DNA of 64,000 bases from Candidatus Krumholzibacteriota bacterium. GTDB lineage: Bacteria > Krumholzibacteriota > Krumholzibacteriia > JAJRXK01. Positions 27,601 through 37,640 of this stretch are shown in pieces. Under the pieces are notes generated by a model. That model saw only the letters and a program-made list of their open reading frames with translations. It ran no database searches and was not told the origin of the DNA. Where the stretch lies: assembly GCA_963727455.1 (NCBI GenBank), contig CAVSGG010000011.1, positions 31,791 through 95,790 on the forward strand. The letters run 5' to 3'. A program made the position numbers and the translations under genes. The number at the start of each line of letters is the position of its first letter. Position 1 is the stretch's first letter.

Positions 27601-29880
27601 ATGATCGACCACGGCCGTCAGCGCTGGAAATACGAGGTGGAACTGGAACCGGGAATCGAAGATTTCGGGGCCCACGTCCTCCGTCTGGCGCGAGAGCTTC
27701 ATCTCGGTGGTCAGATGCGGCGCAGCGATGCCACGCTTCAACTCGAGGTGGAAGGCGAAACCGCCAAGCTGCAGAGCTTCGACGAACGACTGAAGCGGGT
27801 ACTCTCGTTCGCCTGCGCTCGGCTGGACGAGTCGCTGAAGAAGGACCTGGCTCTGGGGGGGGAATCCGAGTTCGAAATCCTGGTCTCCGAGGGGGAGGGC
27901 ATGCACTCCGCTCCCTTCTCCCCCGACCGCGCCATCTGCAGCGAGTGTCTCAAGGAGATCTTCGACCCACACGACCGCCGCTACCGTTACCCCTTCAGCT
28001 CATGCGGAGAGTGTGGACCGCGGTACAGCGTCACCCGCAAGCCGCCGTACACGCGCGACACGAGCTCGATGGCCCCCTTCCCTCTGTGCGAAAATTGCCG
28101 CCGCGAATACGAAGACTCCAAGGGAAGGCGCTACCACGCGGCGCTCATTTCTTGCCCGGACTGCGGACCCTGCTACTGGATCGAGCCCGCGCCCAAGTCG
28201 GTGTCGGCCGCTGACGTGATCTACGAAGCGGTGGAGCTGCTGAAGAAGGGGCACATTCTGGCCATCAAAGGGACCGGTGGTTTCCATCTGGCCTGTCTCG
28301 CGAATGACGAAGCTCTGGTGCAGAGACTGCGCCGGCGCATCCAGCGCCGTACCAAGCCGATGGCGGTGATGGTGCCTGACCTGGATTGGGCCCGGCGCGT
28401 GTGCCATTTCAATCCACTGGCGCGCGGCAAACTCAAGGATCCCTCGGCTCCCATCGTGCTCGCCCCCAAGAAACATCCCGAAGTCCTGGCGCCTTCGATC
28501 GCCCCCGATTCTCCGGACTACGGATTGACCCTACCGAGCACGCCCTTTCGTCAGCTCCTGATGAGCACCTTGGCGCAGCCGCTCGTGGTGACCGCGGCAA
28601 AATTCGCGGGGGAAACGATCGTCGCCAGCAACGAGGAGGCGCGCACGCGCCTGCGCGACGTGGCCGATTACATGGTCCTGCACGACCGGGAAATCATGAT
28701 GCCCTGCGAGGACACGGTCATGCGGGTCCAAGGGGACGACCTGGTGACGACCCGCCGCTCCTGGGGACAGGCGCCACGACCGCTGATCCTGGATCACGAG
28801 ATTCCCCCCATCCTCGGCCTCGGCGGCATTCACCGCGGCACCTTGGCTCTGGGTTTCGACCGCTGGATCGTCCTCAGCCAGCATCTCGGCGAGTTGGATT
28901 CCCCGGCCGTGGAGATCCTTTACCGGCAGACCCTGGCACACCTCAGTCGTCTGCACGATTTCAGCGCCAGCGCCTTAGCCTACGATCTTCATCCCGGGAG
29001 TCTGGGACGGCGACTGTGTAAGGAGATGGAACTGCCCGCGATCGGAGTGCAGCACCACCATGCGCACATTGCCGGGGTGATGGCCGAGCACAACTTGAAG
29101 GGGCCCGTCCTGGGACTGGCCCTCGACCAGGCCGGCTGGGGGGAAGACGGAAGCCTCTGGGGCAGCGAGTTCTTGCTCGGGGACGCAAACAAGGTCGAGC
29201 GCGTCGATCACCTCCCCTACTTCCCCCTGCCCGGTGGCGTGACCGCCTTCGCACACCCCTGGCGCAGCGCGGCGGGATTGCTCTGGGAGCTCAAGGGAGA
29301 GGACGCCGCCAAGACCTGGCTCGAGAGTTCCGCTCCGGATCCTGTCGCGGCGGAAAGCACCCTCGCGCTCTTACGGGAAAATTTGAACTGCCCGCGGGCC
29401 TGTGGCTTGGGAGCAGTGTACGACGCGCTGGCCGCCATTCTGGGCATCTCGAACAACCAGAGTTTCGACGGACAGGCTCCCATGTCCTTGGAACGTCTGG
29501 CGGGAGTACCCCACGAGATCGACGAGAGCAAGCTCCCCGATCCGGATGCCGATGCCAGGGAGACCCTGCGCGCCATCCTGGACCATCTTCTGCTGCGGCC
29601 CTTCAACAGCCGGCAGCTGGCTCGGGCGGGAGCCTGGACCCAGGCCGCGGTGGCGCGCTGGGTCGCCCAGCGGGCGGTGCACCTGGCCCGCGAGCACCAG
29701 CTGGACACCGTAGTGGCCAGCGGAGGCTGCCTGGTCAACGGCTGGATGCGCCACGAGCTGCGCACCCGCCTGGCCCGTGCCCAGCTGCGTTTCTTCACCA
29801 ACGCGGCGATTCCGCCCAACGACGGAGGCCTGCCGGTGGGCCAGATCCAGGTGGCCGCGGCCCGTTTGGAGCAAGCCTGA
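27601..29880 (+). CDS. hypF: HypF-like carbamoyltransferase (divergent)
   Basis: Zn fingers (CGECGPRY, CPDCGP), AIKGTGGFHLAC, SQHLG, YDLHP, QHHHAH, PPNDGGL. Confidence 0.85.
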   Translation: MIDHGRQRWKYEVELEPGIEDFGAHVLRLARELHLGGQMRRSDATLQLEVEGETAKLQSFDERLKRVLSFACARLDESLKKDLALGGESEFEILVSEGEGMHSAPFSPDRAICSECLKEIFDPHDRRYRYPFSSCGECGPRYSVTRKPPYTRDTSSMAPFPLCENCRREYEDSKGRRYHAALISCPDCGPCYWIEPAPKSVSAADVIYEAVELLKKGHILAIKGTGGFHLACLANDEALVQRLRRRIQRRTKPMAVMVPDLDWARRVCHFNPLARGKLKDPSAPIVLAPKKHPEVLAPSIAPDSPDYGLTLPSTPFRQLLMSTLAQPLVVTAAKFAGETIVASNEEARTRLRDVADYMVLHDREIMMPCEDTVMRVQGDDLVTTRRSWGQAPRPLILDHEIPPILGLGGIHRGTLALGFDRWIVLSQHLGELDSPAVEILYRQTLAHLSRLHDFSASALAYDLHPGSLGRRLCKEMELPAIGVQHHHAHIAGVMAEHNLKGPVLGLALDQAGWGEDGSLWGSEFLLGDANKVERVDHLPYFPLPGGVTAFAHPWRSAAGLLWELKGEDAAKTWLESSAPDPVAAESTLALLRENLNCPRACGLGAVYDALAAILGISNNQSFDGQAPMSLERLAGVPHEIDESKLPDPDADARETLRAILDHLLLRPFNSRQLARAGAWTQAAVARWVAQRAVHLAREHQLDTVVASGGCLVNGWMRHELRTRLARAQLRFFTNAAIPPNDGGLPVGQIQVAAARLEQA

Positions 29881-30125
29881 GGGAACGTTTTGTCCCGGCG
29901 AGCATTTGATGGAGAATGAGAGCCGCTTCTATGCTAGGGTCGGCGGATGGAGGAAAACGGTGGCGAGGCTTGGAGTAATACGATCAAACGATCGTTTCCT
30001 CGTGAAAAACCGGGCTCTGGGAGGCATTCCTCCTTGTCTCAGTCTGGATGGCTGACCACTATAGCTGCGGAAACCCATGAACGGTCGATCACTCGATCGA
30101 CCCCCGAGAGGCTGGAGAGATAACG

Positions 30126-30668
30126 ATGCGTAAATTCACCTTGATCCTGAGCTTGGCCGTCCTGGCGCTCTTCATCTTCAGCACGATGAGCGTGGCGGCC
30201 GATCATGAGTATGTCGGCGTCTACAAGTGCAAAATGTGCCACAAGACGGAATCCAAGGGGGACCAATACGGGATTTGGCTGAAGAGTGCCCACGCCAATG
30301 CCTACAAGGTTCTTGCCACCGATGAAGCCAAGTCCGTGGCGGCCAAGCTGAAGCTGGAAGGCGACCCGCAGAAATTGGATGAGTGCCTTTCCTGCCACGT
30401 GACCGCGCACGGCGTGGATGCGAAACTCCTGGGTGCCAAGTACACCGTCGAAGATGGTGTGGGCTGCGAGAGCTGCCATGGTCCGGGAGGCGACTATATG
30501 AAAATGCCGGTCATGAAGGACAAGGAAAAGGCGGTGGCCGCGGGCCTGATCATTCCCGATGAGAAGACCTGCATCCAGTGCCACAACGACAAGAGCCCGA
30601 CCTACAAGGAATTCGATTACAAAAAGTTCTACGCCAAGATCGCGCACCCCATTCCCACCGAGAAATAG
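30126..30668 (+). CDS. Periplasmic tetraheme cytochrome c (c554-like)
   Basis: Signal peptide; YVGVYKCKMCH, SAHANAY, CLSCH, GVGCESCHGPG, CIQCH. Confidence 0.9.
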   Translation: MRKFTLILSLAVLALFIFSTMSVAADHEYVGVYKCKMCHKTESKGDQYGIWLKSAHANAYKVLATDEAKSVAAKLKLEGDPQKLDECLSCHVTAHGVDAKLLGAKYTVEDGVGCESCHGPGGDYMKMPVMKDKEKAVAAGLIIPDEKTCIQCHNDKSPTYKEFDYKKFYAKIAHPIPTEK

Positions 30669-30705
30669 GGGCTCAGGCGCGGAGGCGTGAAACCAAAATT
30701 CGAGT

Positions 30706-30731
30706 GACGCCGGTCTTTTCAGGCCGGCGTC
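30706..30731 (+). terminator. Intergenic stem-loop after the c554-like gene
   Basis: GACGCCGGTCT-TTTC-AGGCCGGCGTC; no clear U-tail. Confidence 0.4.
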
Positions 30732-30763
30732 GTTCATGTGAGGCTGGAAGATGAGGATGAAGA

Positions 30764-32734
30764 TTGCGATGGACTGCGAATTCCGGACGCCCCTCCCGGC
30801 GAATCGCACGGCAGTGGACTTACTTCTCGCTGACACTTTTGGCGCTGAGTCTCTTGTCTCCCCGCCCCGTGGTGGCGAGCAGCGACGACTGCCTCGGTTG
30901 CCACGCACCCAAGGAGGAAGTGGTCGACGTAGCGCATCAGGTGGATCCCGCCAAGTTTGCCGCGTCCATTCACGGGCAGGCGGGGCTGGAGTGCACGGAC
31001 TGCCACGAGGGGAATTTCGACGAGGTTCCGCATGAAGGCGTCGTGGTTCCTCACTGCACGAACTGTCACGAAGAGGCCGGCGAGCAGTTCAAGTCCAGCG
31101 CTCACGAACAGATCGTTCTCAAGGAGGGCGAGAACTCGCCCTTCGGCGAGAATCCCTGTGCGGCTTGCCACGGGGTGCACGACGTGCTTCCGCCCGACAA
31201 CCCACAGAGTCGCGTCTTCTATCGCAACATTCCCGCAACCTGCGGGCGCTGTCACGGCGACACCAAGATCATCCAGCTCACCGGGGTGAACGCGAATCCG
31301 CCCGCCCAATACGAGACCAGTGTTCACGGTCTGGATCTGTCAGACCCCAACAAGAAGCCGGCCGTCTGCAGCAGTTGTCACGGTTATCACGACATCCGTC
31401 TGGCGAAAGACCCCAAGTCGCGCATCAACCCCTTCAACATTCCCTCCACCTGCGGCCAGTGCCACAAAGAAGAAGCGCAGACTTACTTGGGTTCAGTGCA
31501 CGGAGTCGCCTCGCAACGGGGCGTGACTTTGGCTCCGACCTGCACCACCTGTCATGGCATGCACACCATTGCTCCGGTCACCCAAAAGGCCGGAGGCAAC
31601 AAGACCAGCCGGCGACTGGTTCGAACCACCTGCCCGGCCTGTCACCAGAGCACAGCGCTGATCAGTCGCTTCAACATCGCTGCCGCGAGAGTCTCGACCT
31701 ACGAGGCAAGCTACCACGGCCTCGTATCCCGTCGTGGCGGGACGAACGTCGCCGACTGCGCGAGCTGTCACGGCATCCACAACATCTACGACTCCAGCGA
31801 TCCCCGCTCCACTGTCGCTCCGCAGAACCTGGAAGCCACCTGCGGAAAATGCCACCCCGGTGCCGGAGAGAAGTTCGTCAAGCAACCCGTTCATCTCCTG
31901 GAATCCAAGACGAGTGCGAAAGCGACCAACATCACTATTTGGGTCAAGCGCGTGTACTGGGTGCTGCTCATCGGCGTCTTGGGCGGCATGTTGCTGCACA
32001 ACGCGGTCATTCTCTTCTTCTACATCCGCAAGAACTGGCGCAAGCAGAAGGGTGAGGAGAACCGCCGGCGCTTCAACCGCAGCGAGATCTGGCAGCACTC
32101 GCTCTTCCTGATCGCATTCGTGCTTCTGGCCCTCTCAGGCTTCATGCTGGCCTATCCCGACCACTGGTGGGCGCGCGCCATGACCGCGCTCGGAGTGGGA
32201 GAAACCGCGCGACGGGCGATTCACCGCGTCAGCGCGGTGGTGATGGTGGCAGTGAGTCTGTACCACATCTACTGGATCGCCTTCACTTCCTACGGACGCG
32301 GCGAGCTGAAACGCATCGCGCCGCGTCTGCGTGACGCGCGCGAGCTTCTGCAGAACATGCGCTTCCACCTGGGCAAGAGCGAACAGCAAGCAGCCTTCGC
32401 CAAGTTCGACTACCCGGCCAAGATGGAGTATTGGGCTCTGGTCTGGGGAACCGTGGTCATGGCTCTGACCGGCGCGATTCTCTGGTTCCCGGTAGTGGCC
32501 ACTTCCGTCTTCCCCTCGTGGATCGTGGATGTCGCCACCGTCATCCACCTCTTCGAAGCGTGGCTGGCGACCCTGGCGATTCTCATCTTCCACTTCTTCT
32601 TCGTGATCTTCCATCCGGAGGTCTACCCGCTCAGCTTCGCGATGCTGCGCGGCACGATGCCCTCGCGTCTTGCGGAGCATCACCATCCGGCCTGGAGGAA
32701 GGAAGACGACGCACCGGCGCCGGCCGGGGAATAA
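30764..32734 (+). CDS. CbcL-like fusion: 11-heme periplasmic cytochrome c plus FdnI/HydC-type cytochrome b membrane domain
   Basis: 11 CxxCH motifs, then TM helices with His ligands (WQH, IHR, YH, IHLFEA, FHFF) and KFDYPAKMEYWALVWG. Start uncertain. Confidence 0.85.
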   Translation: MRWTANSGRPSRRIARQWTYFSLTLLALSLLSPRPVVASSDDCLGCHAPKEEVVDVAHQVDPAKFAASIHGQAGLECTDCHEGNFDEVPHEGVVVPHCTNCHEEAGEQFKSSAHEQIVLKEGENSPFGENPCAACHGVHDVLPPDNPQSRVFYRNIPATCGRCHGDTKIIQLTGVNANPPAQYETSVHGLDLSDPNKKPAVCSSCHGYHDIRLAKDPKSRINPFNIPSTCGQCHKEEAQTYLGSVHGVASQRGVTLAPTCTTCHGMHTIAPVTQKAGGNKTSRRLVRTTCPACHQSTALISRFNIAAARVSTYEASYHGLVSRRGGTNVADCASCHGIHNIYDSSDPRSTVAPQNLEATCGKCHPGAGEKFVKQPVHLLESKTSAKATNITIWVKRVYWVLLIGVLGGMLLHNAVILFFYIRKNWRKQKGEENRRRFNRSEIWQHSLFLIAFVLLALSGFMLAYPDHWWARAMTALGVGETARRAIHRVSAVVMVAVSLYHIYWIAFTSYGRGELKRIAPRLRDARELLQNMRFHLGKSEQQAAFAKFDYPAKMEYWALVWGTVVMALTGAILWFPVVATSVFPSWIVDVATVIHLFEAWLATLAILIFHFFFVIFHPEVYPLSFAMLRGTMPSRLAEHHHPAWRKEDDAPAPAGE

Positions 32735-32738
32735 CTGC

Positions 32739-32797
32739 AAAGAGGGGACGGAAGGCGGTGCGGGCACTTGCTGCCGCGACCGCCTTCAGTCCTCTTT
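32739..32797. terminator. Long imperfect hairpin between convergent genes (possible bidirectional terminator)
   Basis: AAAGAGG..GAAGGCGGT...ACCGCCTTC..CCTCTTT. Confidence 0.5.
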
Positions 32798-34678
32798 CTT
32801 TCCCCGCTCCCATTCGATGAGAAAGAGCGAAGAGTCCTCGCCGCTGAGGATCTCCTCGAAGCGCGCGTCCTTGCGAATGGTCGCGCGTGAGAGCGGTGGA
32901 TGGGGAAAAAACGGAAGCACCCCATCACTCAGGTAGAGATAGTTCACGCCGTATCGTTGCAGACTCCATACGTCCTCTGGCCACGGAAGCTCCTCGAGAT
33001 GATTCACCGGGCCTCGCAGCGCAGTCATTCCCCAGGCCGCTGGATCGATGAAATCCCTCCCACTGATCCAACGCGCCCAAAAGCTCCCGTCATTGATCTG
33101 ATTGGCGATGCGAGCCGAAGGCGGAAGGGCGTTTCTGATTTTTCGAGCGAGATGGAAATCATCTTCTGAGAACGCGGTCAGCTGTTTCAGTTGCCTCAAG
33201 TTTCGCAAGTTGTGTGCGGCGCCCGGCGCGGCCGCGAAGGCGAGCAGAGCACCGAGAACGGCGGCTCCCGCCCAGCGCATGTGCCCGTGCATCTTGGTCC
33301 ATTTCCACAGCTCCGAGACGGGCTCAGCCATGAGCGGGGGCAGCAGAAACAACTGAAGGTACAAGACCCTGGCCGGCTGTTGGTAGTAAGGAGCACTGAG
33401 TACCTTTGAGAGCCCGTCGTGCCGCAAACGCAGATCCAGGTACAGCACGAGTAGGAGCAGGGACATGACCGCCACCGGGCGCGTTCCGCGACGCAGAAGT
33501 CCCCAGAGAATTCCCAGGACCACCAAGCCACGTAGTGCCAGTGACTCTCCGCCGGTATAGTGCAACATCTGGCCCAAAGCCATGCCAAGACCTGGAGAAC
33601 TTCCGGTGGGAGCATCCATCGCGTGCGCGACGTAGCTATGCGCAGCGTTCCACATCGGCAGCCCCATCACCACGCCCAGAACCAGGACGCCTGCCACGCT
33701 CACCCGCCATGAGTGTGAAACCGAAAACGAAGAACTCTTTCCAGCAGCGGAAAGTGATAGGAGCACCAAGAGCAGAATGATGCCCAGCTCACTCGCGTGG
33801 ATCTGCAGCGTCGCGGCGAACAAGAGGCCGATGAGAAGAGCTCCGGTGAAGACCCCGCGGGTATTCCGTAGTGCGCTCCGGATGAACACCACCGTGGTAG
33901 GAACCAAAAAGAACCCGAGTAAGGCACCGAAGCCTCCCCAGGAATAGAGCCCACCCGGCATGTAGAAATTCGAAACCAGAAATACTCCCGCGAGGACGGC
34001 GACGAAATTCTTGAACCTGAGAACTCTCCAGAGAAGACAGGTGGAGATGGGCAGAAGCGTGGTGGCGCCCACTGCCATCATCCACTCCACGATGTACGCC
34101 GGCATGCCGCCGATGTCCGCGATGTGCGCGGCCGACACGTGCCATCCAAGCCAATAGGGTACCCCGAGCTGAACATAGGGAGGAGCGAAGAGCTTCTCGG
34201 GTGACACGGAGCCGGTCTCACGGATTCGCTCGATGAGGAAGGCGTGGTTACTCGCGTCATGAAGATGCGCGGGCACCACGAATGCCCCGAGTCCCTGAAT
34301 GAGAACGGCCGCCATGGCCACCGAAACGGCGCAGACTCCCAGGCACTCACGAAGGTTCAGGGGCGGCAGATCCACCTCGATATCCCGCCAGATTCCTCGG
34401 TAGCTCGAAACCCGCCCCAAAAAATAGCCGGCCAATGAGAGGACGATCGTATGACTCCAGGGTTCCAAAGGAATGGAGAGCGCGGAGGCCAGCGAGTCGA
34501 CTGGGCCCAGGAGCAATCCAGTGGCGAGGGTGAGTACCAGGCGCGTCGGCCAGTCGAGGCCCGGGAGGTAACGCCCGGCCCAAAACCAGCCCGGTAGTCC
34601 CAGGACGATGACGGCGCCGATGGCCCAGTGATACCAGAGCGAGAGATCGACGAGGGGATGGACGGAGACCAGGTTCAT
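32786..34678 (-). CDS. Polytopic membrane protein, GT-C-like glycosyltransferase candidate
   Basis: Many TM segments, HDASNHAF and PYWLGWH loop motifs, and a C-terminal soluble domain (YGVNYLY). Confidence 0.55.
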   Translation of the reverse strand: MNLVSVHPLVDLSLWYHWAIGAVIVLGLPGWFWAGRYLPGLDWPTRLVLTLATGLLLGPVDSLASALSIPLEPWSHTIVLSLAGYFLGRVSSYRGIWRDIEVDLPPLNLRECLGVCAVSVAMAAVLIQGLGAFVVPAHLHDASNHAFLIERIRETGSVSPEKLFAPPYVQLGVPYWLGWHVSAAHIADIGGMPAYIVEWMMAVGATTLLPISTCLLWRVLRFKNFVAVLAGVFLVSNFYMPGGLYSWGGFGALLGFFLVPTTVVFIRSALRNTRGVFTGALLIGLLFAATLQIHASELGIILLLVLLSLSAAGKSSSFSVSHSWRVSVAGVLVLGVVMGLPMWNAAHSYVAHAMDAPTGSSPGLGMALGQMLHYTGGESLALRGLVVLGILWGLLRRGTRPVAVMSLLLLVLYLDLRLRHDGLSKVLSAPYYQQPARVLYLQLFLLPPLMAEPVSELWKWTKMHGHMRWAGAAVLGALLAFAAAPGAAHNLRNLRQLKQLTAFSEDDFHLARKIRNALPPSARIANQINDGSFWARWISGRDFIDPAAWGMTALRGPVNHLEELPWPEDVWSLQRYGVNYLYLSDGVLPFFPHPPLSRATIRKDARFEEILSGEDSSLFLIEWERGKKED

Positions 34679-34691
34679 GAACTGCCTCAGA

Positions 34692-35763
34692 TCACTGCGC
34701 CATGATTCTGGCTAACAGCTCATCGTCGGCCTTCAGGAAGCCCGCCTTGACGATGCGCGGGGTGAGGGTGCGCCAGTTCTCACCCTTCTCGAAGATCTCT
34801 TTGAACATCGCGAGCGCGGAATCGGTCTCGCCCGCGTTGCACAGCGCCACCGCGTACCAGTAGCTGGCCTCGAGATTGTCTCCCAAAATGCGCTGCGCCG
34901 CGCCATAGGCGCGCTTGGCCGCGGCCAGGTCCCCCTTCTCCACCGCCAAGTCGCCCTGGTTCATCATGTCGTAACCGTGCTGCAGAACCAGCAGTCGCCC
35001 GAGTTCTTCCACCGGTTTGGGGGCATCCTCCACCCTCAGGTCGACCACGATGTCGTTCCAGGCTTGGCCGGAAGGTGTGCCCTTCACCACGAGCATCGCG
35101 GCGGACTGCCGGCCACGGATGTCTCCCCCCTCCTTGCTGGGCCGCCTGCAACGCGGCCAGCATACGCTGGGAGAGATCACCCTTCGCGGCTTCGAACGCG
35201 GCCGCCATGGCGTCGGGCACCGTATTCTTCTCCATGAGATTGGCCTGGCAGCTATAGTTCTCGCCCGCGTGATCGCCGGCTTCGGCGATGCAGCCGCTGC
35301 CGGTGTGCACCGCCACCCTTCCCTGGGCATCGATCATCGCCACCTGACGAATTTCCGGGTGATCATCGGCCTGCAGGAGCGCCTTCAAGCTCGCCGGCGC
35401 CGAGCGTCCCGCCGCCATCATGTCCAAACCGAGAGGGCCGTAGGTGAGATCGACCATCGACTGGGTGGCCACCGCGCCCACTCCGGCGCGCGCCCAGGGC
35501 ACGGCGGTCCCCACGCTGAACCAGTGCGACTGCACCGCCACGCCCAGCTCACCAGTCTTGGGATCGCGCGCGACGATGGAATAGGTGGTGACGGGACGGA
35601 TGGGGGAGATCCGCGGAGCGCTCGTCCCAGCCTGCGCGGCGAAAGGCGTGGCGATGGCCGCCGTAGTGGCCTGCGCCTGGACCAAGGAAGGCGCGCAAAA
35701 GCCCGTGGCCAGAGCGGACAGCAGAACTAGAACGGCGAGTGATCGAAGCAACCTGGCATGCAT
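34692..35763 (-). CDS. DUF1028 (Ntn-hydrolase-like) plus TPR exported protein, frameshifted in this sequence
   Basis: TYSIVARDPKTGELGVAVQSHWFSVG in one frame; GGDIRGRQSAA, DLRVED and TPR in another. The switch occurs at a G-rich run near 35125-35135. Confidence 0.85.
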
Positions 35764-35828
35764 CGGAAACTCCTTGCTGGAAGTCCGAAGCATTCTACAC
35801 GGAGCCCAGTCGCTCAACCAGCATCAGC

Positions 35829-37325
35829 TCAAGGCGCGTGACACTCGGTGCACTTGGTATCCTTCCACGCACCGCCGACGTCCTCCGGATGGCGGTACTC
35901 GTGTCCTTCGATGTCGGTGAACCCACTGCCATCGTCGAATTGCTGGGCCACGATGGTGTGACAGACGTTGCAATCGTGGGGAATGGCCTCGCCACTCTCA
36001 GTCACGTGGTTGCCGTCGTGACAGCGGAAGCAACCGTCGCTGAAGAGATGTCCGATGTTGTCCTCGTGAGCCTTCCAGTCGGTCTTCATCTCGGGGAAGT
36101 AGTTCTTCGTGTACAAGTCCCAGGTGACATCGACCGCGGCCTGAATCTGGGCCGCATTGGCGCCGGCATCGCTGCACTGCTTGCGGATGGATTCCTTCAG
36201 TCCCTTCTCCGCCTCCTCGCGATTCGCGTAGTCCTGCTCCATGGCGTCCACCATGATGCCTTTGATGTCGGGGATGGTCTTGCTCACCTTGCCCGTGGCC
36301 AGGGCCCGGTTGGCGAGGTGGGCGGGCGGATTGTAGCGATGCGAAGGCCGGTTGTGGCAGTCGATGCAATCCATCACCCGGATGTTGTCGTCGGTGAGGG
36401 CGCTCTCATCGAAATCCTCGTCAGTGCTCTTGAACACTTTGACGGTTCCATCGGCCGTGGTCGAACGCACCCAAGGAATGACCTGACGACGCTCGTCGGT
36501 CGACACGTACTCCACCTTGTTCTCGCGGTTGCTGTGCCAGTGAATCCCCTCGGTATGACCGGTTTCGCTGTGGGCCCCGCCGGTCTTCAACAAGAGGTGG
36601 AGGCGGAAGTGCCGATTGTCTTCTTCGGGCAAGTAGTAGTCGTGGACCACGTATCGGTCGCTGTAGAAGACCTCGGGCCAGTGACACTGCTCGCAAGTCT
36701 CACGGGAAGGCCGCAGGTTCTTGATCGGGGTATGAATCGGGCGGGGATAGCTGTTGGTCAAAACCGCGTAGACCTGATAGGAGCCGGAGAGCTTCGAACG
36801 AACGAACCACTCGGCTCCCGGACCAATGTGGCACTGTACGCAGGCAACTTTGGCATGCGGGGAATTCTGGTAGGCCACGAATTCCGGTTCCATGACGCTG
36901 TGACAGGTCTCTCCGCAGAACTTCACGCTCTCGGTGGCCTCGTAGGCCTGGTAGGTCCCGAAGGCGGTCATTCCCAAGAAGATCGTCGTCCCCACCGTGA
37001 AGATGACGGCCGCGCGCCGCGTCTGACCTTCATTGAGATCGATGCGCGGCAGAGGCTTGTCGGGCTGCCCATGGCTGCGCCGTCGATGTTGCCGCCAAGC
37101 TCCCACCACCACCGCGAGCAGTCCCATGATCAAGAAGATCGGCAGGATGATGAAGGCGATGATCCCCATGTAGGGGCTGGAGTCCTTGCTCAGGACCTCC
37201 AGGACCATCAGGAAGAGGATCAAGAGCAGGCTCAGCGCGGCCAGGGACGCACCGAGCATCGTGACGAGGTTGTAAAAGACCGAGGGCAGTTTCTTCTGCG
37301 GCGGAGCTTGACCTTCAGAATTCAC
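35829..37325 (-). CDS. ImcH-like NapC/NirT-family heptaheme inner-membrane quinol dehydrogenase
   Basis: Three N-terminal TM helices, FCGETCHSVM (CxxxCH), CVQCHIGPGA, 7 heme motifs in total, CIDCHNRPSH, GCFRCHDG. Confidence 0.85.
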   Translation of the reverse strand: MNSEGQAPPQKKLPSVFYNLVTMLGASLAALSLLLILFLMVLEVLSKDSSPYMGIIAFIILPIFLIMGLLAVVVGAWRQHRRRSHGQPDKPLPRIDLNEGQTRRAAVIFTVGTTIFLGMTAFGTYQAYEATESVKFCGETCHSVMEPEFVAYQNSPHAKVACVQCHIGPGAEWFVRSKLSGSYQVYAVLTNSYPRPIHTPIKNLRPSRETCEQCHWPEVFYSDRYVVHDYYLPEEDNRHFRLHLLLKTGGAHSETGHTEGIHWHSNRENKVEYVSTDERRQVIPWVRSTTADGTVKVFKSTDEDFDESALTDDNIRVMDCIDCHNRPSHRYNPPAHLANRALATGKVSKTIPDIKGIMVDAMEQDYANREEAEKGLKESIRKQCSDAGANAAQIQAAVDVTWDLYTKNYFPEMKTDWKAHEDNIGHLFSDGCFRCHDGNHVTESGEAIPHDCNVCHTIVAQQFDDGSGFTDIEGHEYRHPEDVGGAWKDTKCTECHAP

Positions 37326-37640
37326 GCGGATTCTCCAAGAAAGGCTGAGAGGATCGACCCCAAGCGCCGGGGAAAAGCGCGCGGGAAAGCTGGAGAAGAT
37401 TGTCGAATATAGGTTCTCCAGGGAGCTTCATCTAGTCGTTTTTGGCTGTCAATCCCCCCAATTTTGCCGGGCGAGAAATCCCTCCTTGACCTCGCAAGTT
37501 CTTCAGCAACAATTAGATGAACGAAAGGGGCCCTTTTTCTGCTGCCAATAGCGGAGAGGTGTGCCCTATGCTTCTCTTCTGGACATTCCCTAGCGATCAT
37601 CGAGGACATTCTCGGCGCGCGTGAAGAAAAGAGGCTCGGA

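Noticed and set aside
37556-37572. AGGTGTGCCCTATGCT as a sigma-54 promoter for the porin operon
   Set aside because: The spacing is correct but the match to TGGCAC is poor, and I found no convincing UAS or IHF site. Left uncalled.
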